DNA from: Fonticula alba ATCC 38817 | Taxonomy: Eukaryota; Protista; Nucleariida | DNA: 64,000 nucleotides | Direction: 5' to 3' (one strand) | Assembly: GCA_000388065.2 (NCBI GenBank) | Contig: KB932201.1 | Part shown: piece by piece, positions 61,371-64,000 of the stretch | Layout: every line of letters starts with the position of its first letter | Position numbering within the stretch: the stretch's first letter is position 1 | The notes under the pieces: generated by a model | The model's input: the letters and a program-made list of their open reading frames with translations, nothing else | Told to the model about the DNA's origin: nothing | Database searches by the model: none | Program-made: the position numbers and the translations under genes

Positions 61371-62367
61371 TTAACGGGAATGCCTGCAGGCGAGCAATGC
61401 ACGGACAGGGGAAAGGAAATGAGGTGTCAGGTTGGCATGCATACGTGCACTTGTATGGTGATGGAGGGAGAATGGAGGAGAGACGGAGAGGAGGGGGGGG
61501 GGGGGGGGGGGGGGGGGGGCAGAGCGTCACGTACTTGGTGTAGCTCCACTCCCGGTTGTCAAGCGGGCAGACATTGCGCGCGCGCAGCCACTTATTGATG
61601 CAGTGATAGTGGAAGGCGTGCTGCGCAGGGGCGAGAACAGGAGCGACATGAGAACAAAGGGCAATCAGCAGGGTGCGGAGGGCAAGAGCCGTGCGCCAGA
61701 TGCGGGAGGAGGGGGAAGGAAAAAAAGAACGGAAAAAGGACGGCGAGGACATCTAAAGAAGGCACCAAAAGCAACGCACCCCGCACTGCCCCCAGGAGAC
61801 ACTGCACTCCGTCTCGCCCGTGGAGGATGACCCGGATCCGGGGGTGTCGCCTGGACCAGAGGCGGACGATTGCCGGGCCTGGCAGTTAATGCCTGCATGG
61901 ATGGGCAAGGAGGGGGGGGGGGGGGGGGGAGAAAAAAGGAAAAGGGAGAAAGGAAAATGGCGAAGGGAACACAGTGAAGAGAAAATGACGGAGGAGCGTA
62001 CAGCGATCCATGATGTGGTTTCGACAGATGGCGCAGTTCTCGATCGCGAGATCTTATCAGAAGGAGAGATCGATTAGTGACGGAGGAACACATCCAGAAA
62101 GGCAGGGGAAATACGAAGAGCCAATACAATGGGCAGACGCCGCGACGAAGAGGGGCAGAGAGGGGACACGGCACAGACATACCCCAGGACCAGAGAGCAA
62201 CAGCGTTCCACTGTGAAGCGCAGACAACGGGAGTAGAGTCAGTGGCCAGGCAGATTTCGCGGGATGCGCCACAGGGGGATTCGAACCTTGCGGATCTCGA
62301 AATAGGGCCGGTCAGCGTCGGCGCTCTGCCCGGAGGGCACCATCTGGACGTCCGAGGAGTAGGACAT
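61371..62367 (-). CDS. RBX1: RING-box protein 1 (cullin-RING ligase subunit)
   Basis: Exons: [13 protein letters not shown] | WNAVALWSW | [17 protein letters not shown] | [16 protein letters not shown] | [28 protein letters not shown] | KHSR-stop. All introns GT-AG; last exon tentative. Confidence 0.93.
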
Positions 62368-63539
62368 GACTTGAAGGGGGAAGAGGGGTTGCCTACTTTC
62401 CTGGGGGACGGACCCGAGTGCACGAAGGGATTGGCGAGAGAGAGGGGGAAAGGAAGAGAGGGGGAAAGAGAGATGAAGAAGAAGAGGAGGAGGAGGAGGA
62501 GGAGGAGGAAGAGGAAGAACAGGGGGAGGGGAGGCGGAGAGGACTGTGAGGGGGGCTGGACAACAGGACAGGCCGGGGCTCCGGCCCTGGCGGCCCAAGA
62601 GGGGCTCAAGCAAACAAGCACACACAGCACACGCCCCCGGGTCCACAGCACGGACAGATGCCGCCAGGGCCATCTCCCCTCTGGGGAAAGGTTGGCGTCG
62701 ATTAATGAGCAAGATGTCCCGGCCCTTTCCACCGGGAAGCTGGCACACACCCAGGCGCCAGAGGGCGGGGGCGGGGGGGGGGGGGGGGGGGCGCAAGGCC
62801 CAGAAACATGGCTCGCCGCAAGGGGCCGGGGCACGAGTGCCACAATGCCGAAAGGGCCTCGCAAGCATGGGTGTCAACCACCGTTCTGCACACCTGCACA
62901 GGAAGCGGGACCCGGCGGGGCGACGGGGCGGAGGCCGGACGACGGTAAGCTCGGACAGACACCGCCAGTGCGGCCGACGGTTGCGCCGCCCCGGTGCCCC
63001 AGGCGCCTCCGGGAGGGTGATCGCAGGGGCCGGCCCTTCCCAAACACACACACGCCCGGAACGCGCGACCGTGCAAGGGGGGGGGGGGGGGGCGAGGGCT
63101 TGACGCCGCTCCCAGGCAGCGGCAGGCAGAGGCCCCCCGCCCCCCCTACAAACTCGCCCTCCGAGCGGTGCTGGGAGAAAGAACAGCGAGACGCCAACCG
63201 AGCCGGTGTTTGGCGACACGTGCCTCCTGGTCATGCTGCTTCCTCTCTTTGACATCATGTGACCCATACGTGGCCCACAATCACCGTCCAGGACAGGCAC
63301 CGAGTTCCCCTTCTCCGACGAGGGGGCACGCCAGCAAAGCACACCTCGGCGGTGGCATACACATGCCGGGATTGGACCGCAAGGCTCGTGAGTAAGGCCA
63401 CGCTTTCCGTGCGACCGTGAAGGAGGGTAAAGAGTGGAGATGGAGGGGGGGGGGGGGGGGGCAAGGGAGCGCGGGAGGAAGAAAAAGCACTGGCCTGGTG
63501 CCGCTCACCGGGTCAGGCCCGCGCGAGTGTGCACGCATT

Positions 63540-64000
63540 TTATTGATGATTGTTGAAGTGCACCGAGGACAACAGGAGATATGTGGCGGCGATCTCCTTG
63601 CAAAACTCCGACAGGATAACCATGACAAGGCAGATGTGGTACTGGGCATGTGTATGGTCTGACGCGTCGGGCGGGGGGCCTGTGGGGAGGGGGAATTTCC
63701 GTGGGGCGTTGTTGTTGTTGTTGTTGTTGTTTTTGGGGAGGGTTCAGAGAGTTTTTTCGCACGAGAAACGCGCAGGGAGTCAGTGTGGGATGCGGAGGGA
63801 GAGGGGCGGGGCTGGGACGCAATGACATCGCATGATGGCACCCGCGTGCTGCCGGGCATGTGTGTGTGTGTGTGTGTGTACCTTCTAGAAGGCCCTGGGA
63901 GATGAGGCCACGCGGCGGTGGAGACTCGGGACCTGCTCGCCAAGGGCACTGACAAGCGACAGGAGAGAGGGCCAAGCGGAGGGGTTGCCATGCAAGCATG
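63540..64000 (-). CDS. Probable 3' end of a gene that extends beyond the window (unknown product)
   Basis: Phase-1 GT-AG intron 63659-63881 joins ..GLISQGLLE to DHTHAQYHICLVMVILSEFCKEIAATYLLLSSVHFNNHQ-stop. The last exon has GC3-rich codons. Confidence 0.4.

Noticed and set aside
61771-61892. Apparent frameshift in the RBX1 RING exon suggested by the ORF track
   Set aside because: Base-by-base translation gives one continuous frame ([16 protein letters not shown]).
1-64000. tRNA, rRNA, spliceosomal snRNA, transposase/RT or CRISPR features
   Set aside because: No recognisable cloverleaf, rRNA or snRNA conserved blocks, transposase/RT motifs or repeat-spacer arrays found by eye; a covariance-model search would be needed to exclude divergent ones.

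Overview
Eukaryotic genomic DNA, very GC-rich, with short GT-AG introns (donors mostly GTGCGT, GTACGT or GTATGT; C/T-rich bodies), many microsatellites, poly-G/C tracts and N-gaps. The gene content and style suggest a unicellular opisthokont or amoeboid protist such as Fonticula; this is inference and was not verified. About 13 spliced protein-coding genes can be reconstructed: an OTU + cold-shock-domain protein, a Sec7-PH Arf-GEF, ARP8, a CARMIL-type LRR + gelsolin + villin-headpiece protein, RCHY1/Pirh2, an orphan 87-aa membrane microprotein, NDUFAF5, a C2orf76/DUF2340-like protein, GST-zeta/MAAI, Bax inhibitor-1-like, CTP synthase, TOP3A, NIFK/Nop15 and RBX1. A probable gene 3' end lies at the right edge. 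Most long ORFs in the supplied track are antisense or off-frame shadows. Strongest candidates for novelty: (1) a gene at 160-6360, split across two ORFs and a 21-nt microexon, encoding an OTUD4-like OTU domain with catalytic Cys->Ser fused to a cold-shock RNA-binding domain and prion-like tails, i.e. a putative pseudo-deubiquitinase RNA-granule protein; (2) a CARMIL-gelsolin-headpiece fusion; (3) a four-copy 'DIDxxL' helical motif inside a very large insertion in a Sec7 domain. All family assignments come from manual motif recognition, not database searches.
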